64,000 nucleotides of DNA from Vicinamibacteria bacterium (GCA_031392925.1 JANMVV010000049.1:36835-100834), one strand, 5' to 3'. Counted from the stretch's first letter, positions 47,981 through 58,126 are shown. Made by a program: numbers and translations. Notes: generated by a model from the sequence alone, not told the origin.

Positions 47981-50620
47981 TTGCCACAGACCCTCGGCGC
48001 CGCCCTCGCCTTTCCCGCAGCGTTCGTCCTGCTGTTCCTTCCCGGCCTCGGCTTCCTCTCTCTGCTCCGCCCCGCCGATCGCGACCGGCTTGGTCTCGAC
48101 GAGAGGCTCTTCTTCACGGGAGCCATCTCGGTCGCGGTGTCCGCATGGTTGGCGCTGCTGCTCGCCGAGTTCGGGGCTTTCGGCACGGTCCGCGCCGCGG
48201 CCGTGGAAATCGTTCTCTTCGTCATTGTTCTCCTGATCGCCCGACTTCTTGGCCGGCCGGCCGCCGCGCCCTTCGCGCGGCCGGAGCGGGCGGTCACGCT
48301 TCTGCCCGCGCTGGCCATAGCCATCGGCGCCTTCCTGTTGCAGGCGAAGCCGAGCGAGTACATCGTCGGCGGCCGTGATCCCGGGGCGTATGTCTCGGCC
48401 ATGGGGGTGATCGCGCGGACGGGAGCCATCACGCATCTCGATCCGGTGGTGTCATCGATTCCCGCCGAGGACCTCTCGCTCTTCTACGCGAACCTCGACG
48501 AGGCCCCGTTCCGCTTCACGCTGGATGGCGACGACGATCACCCACAGCCGTCATGGCCGCGGTTCATGGGTTTCGAGCTGGATCATCCGAAGAGTGGCCT
48601 GATCACCCCGCAGTTCTTCCATCTCTTTCCGGCGTTCGGCGCCTACCTCTTCGAAACCATGGGCGTGCGAGGGGCCCTCGCGACCCCCCCCATCTTTGGA
48701 ATTCTCGGAACCCTGGCCGCGTTCTTTCTGGGACGCCGCATGTTTGGAACCGCGGTGGCGCTTATCGGCACGCTGGGCCTTGCCACCACCGTCCTTCAGG
48801 TCTGGTTCGCGCGATACCCGGTGTCCGAGGGTTTTTCGCAGTTCTTGATTCTCTCGGGCCTGCTCGCACACCGGCTCGATTCCCAAAGCGACACCCGAGC
48901 GTTCGGGTGGCTTTCCGGCGGACTTCTGGGCCTGACCCTGCTGGTGAGGATCGACAGCGTCCTCCTGCTCCTGCCTCTCGCATTCTGGGTGGCCGTCCAG
49001 TTCGTAAGCCGCGCGGGCCGGTGGAAGTCGAGAGTTCTCAGCCTTCTCGTTCCATTCGTGGTTCTGCTCGTCCACGCCGCGATTCACGCGGTGTTCTTCT
49101 CGAAGCGCTACGCGCACCAGATTCTCACCCGGCGCTACTGGAATCATCCGCCCTCGTTCTGGCTGCTTCTCGCGGCTCTCGGCCTGGTCGCGGCCCTTCT
49201 GATCCGGAAGCATGGCCCACGATGGATGAGCCTCATGTCTCGACGCGAAAAATCCCTTCGGACCGCGGCCGTGGTGGTCCTGGGCGTGGTCGTGATCTAC
49301 GCGCTCACCCTGCGCCCCGCCCTTTCCGCGTGGGCGGGCGGCGACGGGAACGTCAAGGCGGAGAGGCTCGCGGATCCGGGTGTCCTTCAGACGCTCGGCT
49401 TCAACCGGCTGGCCGCTCACGACGCCCAGGCCCTGCGCCGCTTCTCCTGGTTCGTGGGCGCGCCCGGGCTGGCCCTCGCCTTCTTTGGCCTCGCCCTCTT
49501 CATCAAGCGCGCCGGTTCGAACGACGTCCTGGCGCTCGCCGTGCTCCTCGTCTTTTCCGGCTTCTACTTCTACAAGATCCGCGTCTTCAACGACTACTTC
49601 TTCGCCATGCGCCGCTACCTGCCGGTGACGCTACCCTTCACCTTCATGCTCGCAGCGCTCGCCGTGGTGACGATGGCGCAGTGGTCGAAAGGGTGGCGGC
49701 TCGCTGGAGCGGCCGCCGGCCTTCTCGCTCTTGGCACCTCGGTGGCGAACACCCGGCCGATCCTGTCTTATGTGGACTGGAAGGGGAGCGTTCGATTCGT
49801 GGCTGACGTGGCCCGACGATTCGGTCCGAAAGATGTGGTCCTGTTCGAGCAACCCAAGAGCATCCACCTGCTCTCGCTCCCCCTTTGGGGCCTTTATGGG
49901 GCAAACGCCCTGGAGTTTCGCCGCTTCAATCCCGACCCCGAGCGGCTCGCCCATCTCATCGCCGCCTGGAGAAAGACGTATCGGAACATCTACTTCGTGA
50001 CCAGTTTCAGAACCGATGTCTGCGGCCTCTTCCTCGAGCGCACCCAGACCTTCCGTTTCAACTCCTCCGAGTTCGAATGGACGTACGACCGCGTTCCGAG
50101 CAGGCCCGAGCCGCGCATGGTGGAGTTCTTCCTTTCCCGGGTGATCGAACCGGAGACGCTCAAGGTCACCACCGAGCCGTTGATCGACATAGGCGGGCCC
50201 GGCGACCTCCAGACCTCCGGTTTCTTCGAGAGCGAAGCCACCGGAGAGCGCACGTACCGCTGGACCGGCGGCTGTCTCGATGAACGCGGCAACGCCACCG
50301 GCTCGATCTATGTGCCCGCCGCCACCGCCGGGGCCCACCTCAGGATCCGGGCCACCGCCCACCTTCGTCCGGCAAACGCCAGGCCCGCGCAAGTCAAGGC
50401 GTTCTTCAATGAGGCACTGGTCGGAGAGTTCACCGCGGATGGGACCTGGCGCGATTTCGAGATCGTGCTGCCGAGCCCGCTCCCGCCGGGTTCCAGGATC
50501 CTTCGCCTCGATGTGCCGGCCTGGCGGCCCACCAACACCGACCCTAGGGCCACGGACACGCGTGACCTCGGAATCATGGTGGACAGCGTCGAGGTGGTGG
50601 CTCGGCCCCCGAAGCCATGA
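47981..50620 (+). CDS. Large membrane glycosyltransferase, ArnT/PMT-like GT-C (inferred)
   Basis: 879 aa. N-terminal about 560 aa with many TM segments, C-terminal about 300-aa soluble domain. Follows the GT2-SDR-aminotransferase trio as ArnT follows ArnBCA. Confidence 0.7.
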   Translation: MPQTLGAALAFPAAFVLLFLPGLGFLSLLRPADRDRLGLDERLFFTGAISVAVSAWLALLLAEFGAFGTVRAAAVEIVLFVIVLLIARLLGRPAAAPFARPERAVTLLPALAIAIGAFLLQAKPSEYIVGGRDPGAYVSAMGVIARTGAITHLDPVVSSIPAEDLSLFYANLDEAPFRFTLDGDDDHPQPSWPRFMGFELDHPKSGLITPQFFHLFPAFGAYLFETMGVRGALATPPIFGILGTLAAFFLGRRMFGTAVALIGTLGLATTVLQVWFARYPVSEGFSQFLILSGLLAHRLDSQSDTRAFGWLSGGLLGLTLLVRIDSVLLLLPLAFWVAVQFVSRAGRWKSRVLSLLVPFVVLLVHAAIHAVFFSKRYAHQILTRRYWNHPPSFWLLLAALGLVAALLIRKHGPRWMSLMSRREKSLRTAAVVVLGVVVIYALTLRPALSAWAGGDGNVKAERLADPGVLQTLGFNRLAAHDAQALRRFSWFVGAPGLALAFFGLALFIKRAGSNDVLALAVLLVFSGFYFYKIRVFNDYFFAMRRYLPVTLPFTFMLAALAVVTMAQWSKGWRLAGAAAGLLALGTSVANTRPILSYVDWKGSVRFVADVARRFGPKDVVLFEQPKSIHLLSLPLWGLYGANALEFRRFNPDPERLAHLIAAWRKTYRNIYFVTSFRTDVCGLFLERTQTFRFNSSEFEWTYDRVPSRPEPRMVEFFLSRVIEPETLKVTTEPLIDIGGPGDLQTSGFFESEATGERTYRWTGGCLDERGNATGSIYVPAATAGAHLRIRATAHLRPANARPAQVKAFFNEALVGEFTADGTWRDFEIVLPSPLPPGSRILRLDVPAWRPTNTDPRATDTRDLGIMVDSVEVVARPPKP

Positions 50621-51843
50621 AGATCCTCATGGTCACGTCCTCGTACCCTCTGTTCGATGGAGACGGAACGGCGCCCTTCATCGAGGAGATCGCGCGAAGT
50701 GTCGCCGCGCGCGGGCATGAGGTCGACATTCTTCTTCCCGCGCACCCGAGGCTCCGGCGAGCCGACGAGCCTGGACTGCGGTTCTTCCCTTTCTCGTACG
50801 CGCCCGTTCCGAGCCTCAGCGTGTGGGGCTACGCGCAAAGCATGAACGCGGACCGGGGCTTCAAGGGGAAGACGCTGTTGGTGGCGCCCTTCGCCGCCCT
50901 CGCCACCACTCGCGCGGTGAAGCGACGGCTCCGGAGCGATTTCTACGACCTCGTTCACGCTCAGTGGGTGGTGCCGGGCGGCGTGCTGTCGCGCAAACCC
51001 GCAGTGGCGTCCCAAAAGCCTCTGGTCATCTCCCTACATGGCAGCGATGTGTTCGCCGCGGAGCGAAACACCTTCGTGGGGATCGCGGCGCGCCGCGCGT
51101 TTGCGGCGGCGGGTGCGGTGACCGCCTGCAGTTCCGACCTTCGAGACCGCGCGATCGCTCTCGGCGCACGAACCGAGAGCACGCGCACCGTGCCCTACGG
51201 CGTCGATGCCGGCTTCTTCGGCGGCGACCGCTCGACCCCGCAGCCGCAAGGCGCCGCGATGCGCCGGCGCCTGGGTGCGTCGTCGACGCAGACTCTGGTT
51301 GTCGCGGTGGGCCGGCTGGTCGAGAAGAAGGGCTTCGCCCACCTGATCGAAGCCGCGGGCGATTCACCCCAACTGCACCTCGCGATCGTCGGCGATGGGG
51401 ATCTTCACGAGGATCTGGAAGCGCGGGCTCACGCGTCTCGAGCATCGCTGACCCTCGCCGGGCGTTTCTCTCGCTCGGAGATCCGAGACGCGCTCCAGTG
51501 CGCAGACATCGTCGCCATTCCCTCCGTCGTCGATTCGAAGGGAAACGTCGATGGCCTTCCGAACGTCCTTCTCGAAGCCATGGCCGCGGGCAAGGCCCTG
51601 GTCGCGAGTCGCGTCGCCGGCATTCCGGATGTCGTGCAGGATGGCGTCGAAGGGATTCTCGTTCCCCAGAAGAACGCGACATCGATACGCGAGGCGTTGC
51701 TTCGCCTCGCCGCCAATGCGGGTCTCCGCTCTGAACTCGGGGAGGGCGCGGCGCGCCGCGTGCGCCGCGACCTCACCTGGGACCTTGTCGCATCCACGCT
51801 CGAAGAGTGTTATGTCCAGGCGCAGGCGCTGGCAAAACGTTAA
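50617..51843 (+). CDS. GT4 (group 1) glycosyltransferase
   Basis: The ATG overlaps the previous stop (ATGA). MKILMVTSSYP.... C-terminal ...GLPNVLLEAMAAGKALVAS... (E-x7-E region). Confidence 0.88.
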   Translation: MKILMVTSSYPLFDGDGTAPFIEEIARSVAARGHEVDILLPAHPRLRRADEPGLRFFPFSYAPVPSLSVWGYAQSMNADRGFKGKTLLVAPFAALATTRAVKRRLRSDFYDLVHAQWVVPGGVLSRKPAVASQKPLVISLHGSDVFAAERNTFVGIAARRAFAAAGAVTACSSDLRDRAIALGARTESTRTVPYGVDAGFFGGDRSTPQPQGAAMRRRLGASSTQTLVVAVGRLVEKKGFAHLIEAAGDSPQLHLAIVGDGDLHEDLEARAHASRASLTLAGRFSRSEIRDALQCADIVAIPSVVDSKGNVDGLPNVLLEAMAAGKALVASRVAGIPDVVQDGVEGILVPQKNATSIREALLRLAANAGLRSELGEGAARRVRRDLTWDLVASTLEECYVQAQALAKR

Positions 51844-51883
51844 CGGCCGGCAAAGCCGCGTCACCCGCCCGCGCGAGCGGTTG

Positions 51884-53038
51884 ATGGTGATGGTGGCGAG
51901 CGCCGGCGCCCGTCTGCTGGCCCCCTTTTTGGCCCGTCCCGCGGCGGATCCGCCCCTGGAGATTCTCCTGCTTCGGCTGGACCGGATTGGCGACGTCCTC
52001 ATGAGCCTGCCCGCGATCCGCGCCCTTCGCGACGCGGTTCCGGGCGCGAAGATCCGGCTCGCGGTGGGGGAGTGGTCGCGCGAGATCGCGAAAGACGCTC
52101 CCGTCGATGAGGTCCTGGTCTGGAGCGCTCCCTGGGTGGGTCGAAAGGACGAGGGAGCTTCGAGCGTCCGGTCTCTCTTTCAAGTCGCAAGGTCGCGGCG
52201 GGCGATGAGGCCCGATCTCGCCATTGACCTCCAGGGCGACGCGCGTGCGATGTGGCTCATGGCCGCGACCGGGGCTCGGGCCCGGGTTGGCTATGCCAAC
52301 ACCGGAAGCCCCGCCCTGCTCTCTGCCGTCGCGGACCTGGATGAGGGCGTGAGCTTCGTCGAGCAGAACTATCGCGCGATCGAAGCGGCCCTTGGCCGCG
52401 CGGTCCCGAGAAAGCCCTTCCGGTGGCTCGACGACGAGCGGCGCGCGCGTGGCGCGGCGCTTTTGGCCACTCGTTTCGCCGAAGCAGGCCTCGACCGGAA
52501 GGGACCGGTGATCGGGATTCATCCCGGAGCGGGCCGTCGCATCAAGGAATGGCCGGTCGAGAGATTCGTCGAACTGGGCCGGAGACTCGTGAAGGAAAAG
52601 AGCGCCACCCTGGTTGTGACCGGCTCGGTGGGCGAAACCGCCAAGGCGGGAGCGATCAGCTCAGGACTTCAAGGAGCCGCGCTGAATCTGTCCGGCCGGC
52701 TGAATCTGGGGGCCTTGGCCGAAGTCATGAGCGCCTTCGACGCGTTCGTCTCCTGCGATACCTCCGCCATGCACTTTGCCTGCGCGCTTGGTTTACCCTC
52801 GGTGGCGATCTTCGGGCCTTCCGACCCCCAAAGGTATTTCTCCGGAGGAGATCTGGGCTTCCTATCGGGACGCAAGCACATCGCTCTCGCCCCCACGCTG
52901 TGGTGCAGTCCCTGCAACCTCATCCGGCGGCCGCCGGAGGAATGCGAGACGGCGCCCGTGCCCGAGTGTCTGGCTCAGATCACCACGACGGCGGTGTTCG
53001 AGGCCGCGTTAGAGGTTCTCGAAACCCCGCGGGACTGA
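51884..53038 (+). CDS. GT9 glycosyltransferase (heptosyltransferase family)
   Basis: The ATG at 51884 is in frame within the track ORF. ILLLRLDRIGDVLMSLPAIRAL.... C-terminal CDTSAMHFACALGLPSVAIFGPS. Confidence 0.82.
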   Translation: MVMVASAGARLLAPFLARPAADPPLEILLLRLDRIGDVLMSLPAIRALRDAVPGAKIRLAVGEWSREIAKDAPVDEVLVWSAPWVGRKDEGASSVRSLFQVARSRRAMRPDLAIDLQGDARAMWLMAATGARARVGYANTGSPALLSAVADLDEGVSFVEQNYRAIEAALGRAVPRKPFRWLDDERRARGAALLATRFAEAGLDRKGPVIGIHPGAGRRIKEWPVERFVELGRRLVKEKSATLVVTGSVGETAKAGAISSGLQGAALNLSGRLNLGALAEVMSAFDAFVSCDTSAMHFACALGLPSVAIFGPSDPQRYFSGGDLGFLSGRKHIALAPTLWCSPCNLIRRPPEECETAPVPECLAQITTTAVFEAALEVLETPRD

Positions 53039-53045
53039 CCAGGGT

Positions 53046-55226
53046 CTAGGGGTTCGGGCTCTCGCGGGTCTCGTGGCCGTGCTTCTTTGAGCCCTCGCCC
53101 TCGGCGCCGTAGTACGGCGAGTAATAGCGCCCGTAGTAGTAGGAATGCCGGTGCAGGTCGACCCGGTTCAAAACGACCCCCAGTACCGCGGCTCGCACCG
53201 CGCGGAGCTGATCCGCGACATGACGAACCGCCTGGCGGGGCGTCTTGTCTCCGGAGCACACCACCACGATCCCGTCGGCCAGGGTCGCGATGATCGAAGC
53301 GTCCGACAGGCCCAATGCCGGAGGAGAGTCGATGATGACCCAGTCGTACCGGCTTCGCGCCTGATCAATGAGCGCCTTCATGGCGTCCGAGCCCAGGCGC
53401 TCCGAGGAGAGATTCTGCGGCGTGCCCGCGGGTATCACATCCAGACCCCGGACCGGTCCGGCTCGCGCCACCAGATTCACGGGACCTTCCGAGGAGAGAA
53501 CGCCGGACAACCCCGGACTCTGGGGAACGTTCAGGAGCTGATGGATAGAGGGCCGCCTCAGGTCGGCGTCGATGAGCAGAACGTGCGCCTTGTTCTGGGC
53601 GAAGAGGATGGCGAGACCCGCGGCCACCGTGGATTTCCCCTCGCCCGGCGACGCGCTCGTGAAGGCAAGGACTTTTGGCCGGGCCTGGGCCGAACCATAG
53701 ATGAGGTTCGTTCTCACCACGCGCAGACTATCGGCGAGGCCGTTCTTCGAATCGCCGATGGCGGGTGCCAGTGAACCCTGGGGAAGCCTTCGGATCAGCG
53801 GGACGATTCCGAGGAAAGGAAGTCCGAGGCCCTCCTTCACGTCCTCGGGCGACTGGACGGAATCATCGAAGCGCTCCGCCATCCAGGCCAGAAGAAGGCC
53901 GCCGATCAAGCCGCCGATGAAGGCGTAGAGGAAGTTGCGCTGTCTCTGGGGGGAGACCGGATCCTTTGAGGGCCGCGCGTTCTGAATGATCTGGGCATCG
54001 AGAATGGTGGTCGACCCATTCGCCTGCCGCTGGAACAGAGTTTCGATGGAGCTGCGGCTGACCTCGATTTTCTTGCGCTCCAGCGAGTAGCCCAGAGACT
54101 CCTTCTCCACGTCGGCCAGTTCATTCTGTATCCGCGCCATGTTGGACTTGAGCCGCGATTCTTCATTAACGGCCAGCTGGTATTCGGAGTCCGCGCCCTC
54201 TTCAAGCGAGCCCATTTCCTGAGCGAGGCGCTGTCTCGCTGCCGCGAGCTGCTGCTGGACCGCGAGGACATCCGGGTGCTTGGGGCCCAGGGTCGAAAGA
54301 AGCGTGGTCTCGCGGTCCTCGAGCTCGCTCACCCTGGCCGTGGCTGCGCGCACGAGGGGATCGGAACGCACGGCCGCGACGCCCCCGCGCAATTGAGTCG
54401 CTTCCCGTCTCCTGGCCTCGCGCCCCACCCGCGAGGTCTGGGCGTTGACGAGCGCTTCCTGAAACGCGCGGAACTCTCTTTCGAGCATGGCCTTCCGGAC
54501 TTCGAGATCGCCAAGCCCGGACTTGCCGCCCATCTCTCGCAGTCCGGTGATCTGCTCAGTCAGACGTTGCTCCTTTTCCTCCACCTGGGCGCCGAGCGCC
54601 TTTCGCGACTGGTCGACCGCCTGACTGTTCGCCGCTTCGGTTTCGCGCAGGTACTGGTCCAGTACCGCGTTCGCCACATCGGCCGCGATCTTCGGGTCGT
54701 AGGCGGCAATTCGGATCTCGATCCAGGTGGACCTGGTGTCGCCCGTCACCTGGAGACGCGAACGGAATGCCGCGACCATATCCGTGGGCGCGTCCGTTCC
54801 CTCGGCCCCGATGAGGCGTCCCCACTCCGCCCGCATGCGATCCGGCCAGCTTCCGATGGGCCCCAGAGAAAGTTCCTTCTGCGCGGCGGCATCGAGCGAC
54901 GGCACGGTGCGAGAGGCGAACTCCGGGCTGCGAATCAAGACCCGCTGACGCTCCAGGATCGCGCCCAGGCGCGTGACCTCCGTGGACATCCTCGCGAGGG
55001 GGTTCGCGGCCATGGCCTCGGCGACGGCGACGACCGCGAGGCCTTCGTACACCGACCGCAGAGTGTAGTTGTAGATGGTGGCGCCCACGAGCGAAACCAC
55101 GAGACCCAGCGCGACGAGCCGCCGCCTGCGGACGACAATCATCCACTCCCGACGCAGGCCGGGGACGACGTCGAAGCGTTCTTCGTTCAATGAGTTCTCA
55201 TGGGGAGGATTCGCGGGCCGGAGCAC
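53046..55226 (-). CDS. Polysaccharide co-polymerase / bacterial tyrosine autokinase (Wzc/GumC/EpsB-like)
   Basis: 726 aa (GTG at 55226; ATG at 55142 is an alternative). Wzz-type N-terminus with TM, long coiled coil, second TM. Walker A TSASPGEGKST, Walker B VLLIDADLR. C-terminal Tyr cluster HSYYYGRYYSPYYG. Confidence 0.88.
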   Translation of the reverse strand: MLRPANPPHENSLNEERFDVVPGLRREWMIVVRRRRLVALGLVVSLVGATIYNYTLRSVYEGLAVVAVAEAMAANPLARMSTEVTRLGAILERQRVLIRSPEFASRTVPSLDAAAQKELSLGPIGSWPDRMRAEWGRLIGAEGTDAPTDMVAAFRSRLQVTGDTRSTWIEIRIAAYDPKIAADVANAVLDQYLRETEAANSQAVDQSRKALGAQVEEKEQRLTEQITGLREMGGKSGLGDLEVRKAMLEREFRAFQEALVNAQTSRVGREARRREATQLRGGVAAVRSDPLVRAATARVSELEDRETTLLSTLGPKHPDVLAVQQQLAAARQRLAQEMGSLEEGADSEYQLAVNEESRLKSNMARIQNELADVEKESLGYSLERKKIEVSRSSIETLFQRQANGSTTILDAQIIQNARPSKDPVSPQRQRNFLYAFIGGLIGGLLLAWMAERFDDSVQSPEDVKEGLGLPFLGIVPLIRRLPQGSLAPAIGDSKNGLADSLRVVRTNLIYGSAQARPKVLAFTSASPGEGKSTVAAGLAILFAQNKAHVLLIDADLRRPSIHQLLNVPQSPGLSGVLSSEGPVNLVARAGPVRGLDVIPAGTPQNLSSERLGSDAMKALIDQARSRYDWVIIDSPPALGLSDASIIATLADGIVVVCSGDKTPRQAVRHVADQLRAVRAAVLGVVLNRVDLHRHSYYYGRYYSPYYGAEGEGSKKHGHETRESPNP

Positions 55227-55331
55227 CCTTTGGGCGATTTTCTCAGATGTGGAAGGTCAAGCGAGGCGACTAGAGTAAGCGTAGCCCCAGCCGCCTTCAA
55301 ACCCGTATCACCGAGAAACGAGAGAACCCGC

Positions 55332-56990
55332 ATGTTCCTGACCTCAAGCGCTCTTGCCCTTTTGCTCGCCGCCCCCCCCGATCGCATCCTCGTGAACGGT
55401 GTGGTCCACACGATGGACGAGGCCCGGCCCCGGGCCGAAGCGGTGGCGATGACCGGTGGCCGGATCACGGCGGTAGGCTCCACCGCCGATGTTCTGGCTC
55501 TCAAGGGTCCGCAAACCGAGGTCATAGACCTGCAGCGCGCCACCGTGGTTCCGGGTCTGAAGGAGAGCCACGGCCACTTCGTCGGCATCGGTCAGGCCCG
55601 GATGGTTTTGAACCTCGTGGGAACGAAGAGCTGGGACGAGGTGGTCGCGCGAGTGGCGGCGGCGGTGAAGCAGCGTCCCAAAGGGGTCTGGATCGTGGGT
55701 CGCGGGTGGCACGAGGGGAAGTGGGAAACGAAGCCCGTGGGGGAGGTCCGCGGCTTTCCGCGCCATGACGCTCTCTCCGCGGTCTCGCCGGACAATCCCG
55801 TCTACCTCGTCCGCGCCGACGGCCACGCGGGCTTCGCCAACGCCCAGGCCATGGCGCTCATGAAGATCACGAAGGAAACCAAAGCGCCCGCGGGCGGCGA
55901 CGTCATCCGAGATGAGACCGGACAGCCGACCGGCGTCTTCATCGACACCGCCAAGCGCCTGATCCAGCCGCCGGATCCGACCGAAGCGGACATTCGCGAG
56001 GCCATTCGACTGGCCACGGAAGAGTGCCTGCGCAAGGGCATCACGTTCTTGGATGACGCGGGCGCCGACCTTTCGACCATCGCCATCTACAAGGAACTGG
56101 CGGCGAAGAACCAGCTCGGGCTCCGCCTCTACGCAATGATCGCGGGCCTCGACAACCTGAAGAAGTTCGGCCCGCCCCAGCCCGGAGGGCCGGATTCGTT
56201 CCTGAGCATCCGTTCCGCCAAGCTCGTGATCGATGGCGCTCTCGGCTCCCGCGGCGCCAAGCTCCTCGAACCCTACGTCGATGATCCCGGCAACACCGGG
56301 CTGTGGGTCACCGACCCCGCGGTTGTTCGCGAGGCGGCGCTTTATGGAATAGAGCACGGCTTCCAGGTCAACGTGCACGCGATCGGCGACGCGGGGAACC
56401 GCGCGGTGCTCGACGCGTTCGAAGCCGCGCTCAAGGCGCATCCGGAGAAGAGGGACGTGCGTTTCCGGGATGAGCACTCCCAGATCCTCGACGAGAATGA
56501 CATCCCGCGTTTCGGCCAGCTGGGCGTGATCGCCTCGATTCAGGGAATCCACGGAACCTCCGATCTGCCCTGGGCCTCACAGCGCCTTGGGGAAGCGCGA
56601 GTCCTCGAGGGTGCTTACGTGTGGCAGAAGCTCAAGAGGTCCGGCGCCGTCCTGATCAACGGAACCGATGCGCCGGTGGAGGACGTGGATCCGATCAAGT
56701 CCTACTACGCCTCGGTCACGCGCCAGAGCGAAGCCGGGGTTCCTCAGGGCGGCTATCAGCCCGATCAGAAGCTCACTCGCCTCGAGGCGCTCAAGTCCTA
56801 CACGAAGGACGCCTACTGGGGATCCTTCGCGGAGGCGAACGGGGGCGTCATCGCGCCAGGGAAGTGGGCGGACCTGACGGTTCTTTCCCTGGACATCCTG
56901 AGCGTCCCTGACCCCGAGATACTGAAAACGCGGGTTCTCTACACCATCGTGAACGGAAAAGTCGCCTATCGAGGGAGCGCCGCGAAATAG
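55332..56990 (+). CDS. Amidohydrolase-3 (YtcJ-like) metal-dependent hydrolase, secreted
   Basis: The ATG at 55332 gives signal-like MFLTSSALALLLAAPP. LKESHGHF, NVHAIGDAGN, IQGIHGTSD motifs. Confidence 0.85.
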   Translation: MFLTSSALALLLAAPPDRILVNGVVHTMDEARPRAEAVAMTGGRITAVGSTADVLALKGPQTEVIDLQRATVVPGLKESHGHFVGIGQARMVLNLVGTKSWDEVVARVAAAVKQRPKGVWIVGRGWHEGKWETKPVGEVRGFPRHDALSAVSPDNPVYLVRADGHAGFANAQAMALMKITKETKAPAGGDVIRDETGQPTGVFIDTAKRLIQPPDPTEADIREAIRLATEECLRKGITFLDDAGADLSTIAIYKELAAKNQLGLRLYAMIAGLDNLKKFGPPQPGGPDSFLSIRSAKLVIDGALGSRGAKLLEPYVDDPGNTGLWVTDPAVVREAALYGIEHGFQVNVHAIGDAGNRAVLDAFEAALKAHPEKRDVRFRDEHSQILDENDIPRFGQLGVIASIQGIHGTSDLPWASQRLGEARVLEGAYVWQKLKRSGAVLINGTDAPVEDVDPIKSYYASVTRQSEAGVPQGGYQPDQKLTRLEALKSYTKDAYWGSFAEANGGVIAPGKWADLTVLSLDILSVPDPEILKTRVLYTIVNGKVAYRGSAAK

Positions 56991-57008
56991 GGCGCGCGAG
57001 AAGGCGTC

Positions 57009-58064
57009 ATGGTTTCCGCGACCGGACCCCGAGGCGCCGTCACGGCGTTTCCGACGAGCGAGGAAAGCCTGGCCCTCCAGGCGAGCCTTCTGGACGGAAA
57101 CCGCGCCCTGGAAGCCTGGCGGAAGCTCTCGAGTTCGACCGGTCTGGAGGAAGGCGGCATCGCTTGGATCGCCCCGCTGCTGATGGCGAACCTCCAGCGC
57201 ATCGTTCCGGACGACCCCTGGGTCAAGGGCAATCCGCACTACCTCACCCTCGCTCTCCTCAAGGGCCGAGCCATCACGACGTCGGCGGAGCAGATCCTTC
57301 GTTGCCTGGCCGAGGCCGCGGTTCCAACCATGGCCCTCAAGGGGCTCGCCCTGGGCGCCACCGTCTACGACTCGCCGGGCCTGCGCACGGTTTCGGATCT
57401 CGACATCCTCGTTCCCGGCAAAGACCTTTTCCGGTCCATGGAGGCACTCAAGCGGCACGGTCTGAGGGCCGGACTTGGCGAACCGGTGGGACCGAACGGT
57501 CTGCGCGCGAATCACGCGGTCGTTTTCGTCCCGTCAAAGCGGCACGAGCTGAGCATCGATCTCCACTGGCATGTTCTTGCGAGCGCGCGCGCAGACGACG
57601 ACGACGCCTCGTTCTGGTCGGCGGCTCAGCCGCTCGTGATCGGAAGCACTCCAACCCTCGGCCTGTGTCCGGAGCACCAGTTGCTGCACGTTCTGGTGCA
57701 TGGAGTGAGGTGGACCCGGATGCCGCACGTGCGCTGGGTCGCCGACGCCGCACTCGTCCTCCGCCGCGCGAAGGAGGGTTTTCGGGTGGAGAGATTTCTC
57801 GAGGCGACGCGACGCTTCGACGCGGTGGTCCCGGTTCAGGAAGGCCTGGCCTTCGTGGCCGACATCAGCGAAGAAGGTCGCGAACTCCTCGAGCGCGCGT
57901 CCACGCTCACCAGATCCCGCTTTTCGGAATTGGCGTTCAGGGCACGCAGCACGTCCTACGAGGATCGAACGATCGCCGACCGCATCGCTCTTCGCATCGA
58001 GTCGGCGGTCTGGACGCAGAGAGCGCGCAGGCGCTCTTCTCGCTCCGACACCGCGGATAGGTGA
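57009..58064 (+). CDS. Uncharacterised nucleotidyltransferase-family protein (NTP_transf_5-like)
   Basis: 351 aa. ...MALKGLALGATVYDSPGLRTVSDLDILVP...DLHWH... resembles the PF14907 pattern. Assignment from memory of the family signature only. Confidence 0.65.
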   Translation: MVSATGPRGAVTAFPTSEESLALQASLLDGNRALEAWRKLSSSTGLEEGGIAWIAPLLMANLQRIVPDDPWVKGNPHYLTLALLKGRAITTSAEQILRCLAEAAVPTMALKGLALGATVYDSPGLRTVSDLDILVPGKDLFRSMEALKRHGLRAGLGEPVGPNGLRANHAVVFVPSKRHELSIDLHWHVLASARADDDDASFWSAAQPLVIGSTPTLGLCPEHQLLHVLVHGVRWTRMPHVRWVADAALVLRRAKEGFRVERFLEATRRFDAVVPVQEGLAFVADISEEGRELLERASTLTRSRFSELAFRARSTSYEDRTIADRIALRIESAVWTQRARRRSSRSDTADR

Positions 58065-58126
58065 GGTCGCTTGGCCGGTTCCCTTTCACCAGGATCCGCC
58101 CCATCGACCAAAAACTGCTCAAAACC

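Noticed and set aside
57567-57580. Sigma-54 promoter-like TGGCAT-gttc-TTGC inside the nucleotidyltransferase gene. Looser TGGCAC hits occur at about 22887 and about 49734.
   Set aside because: The spacing is one nucleotide short of TGGCAC-N5-TTGC. All hits are intragenic and none precedes a gene start. No convincing -24/-12 promoter was found near the activator gene either.
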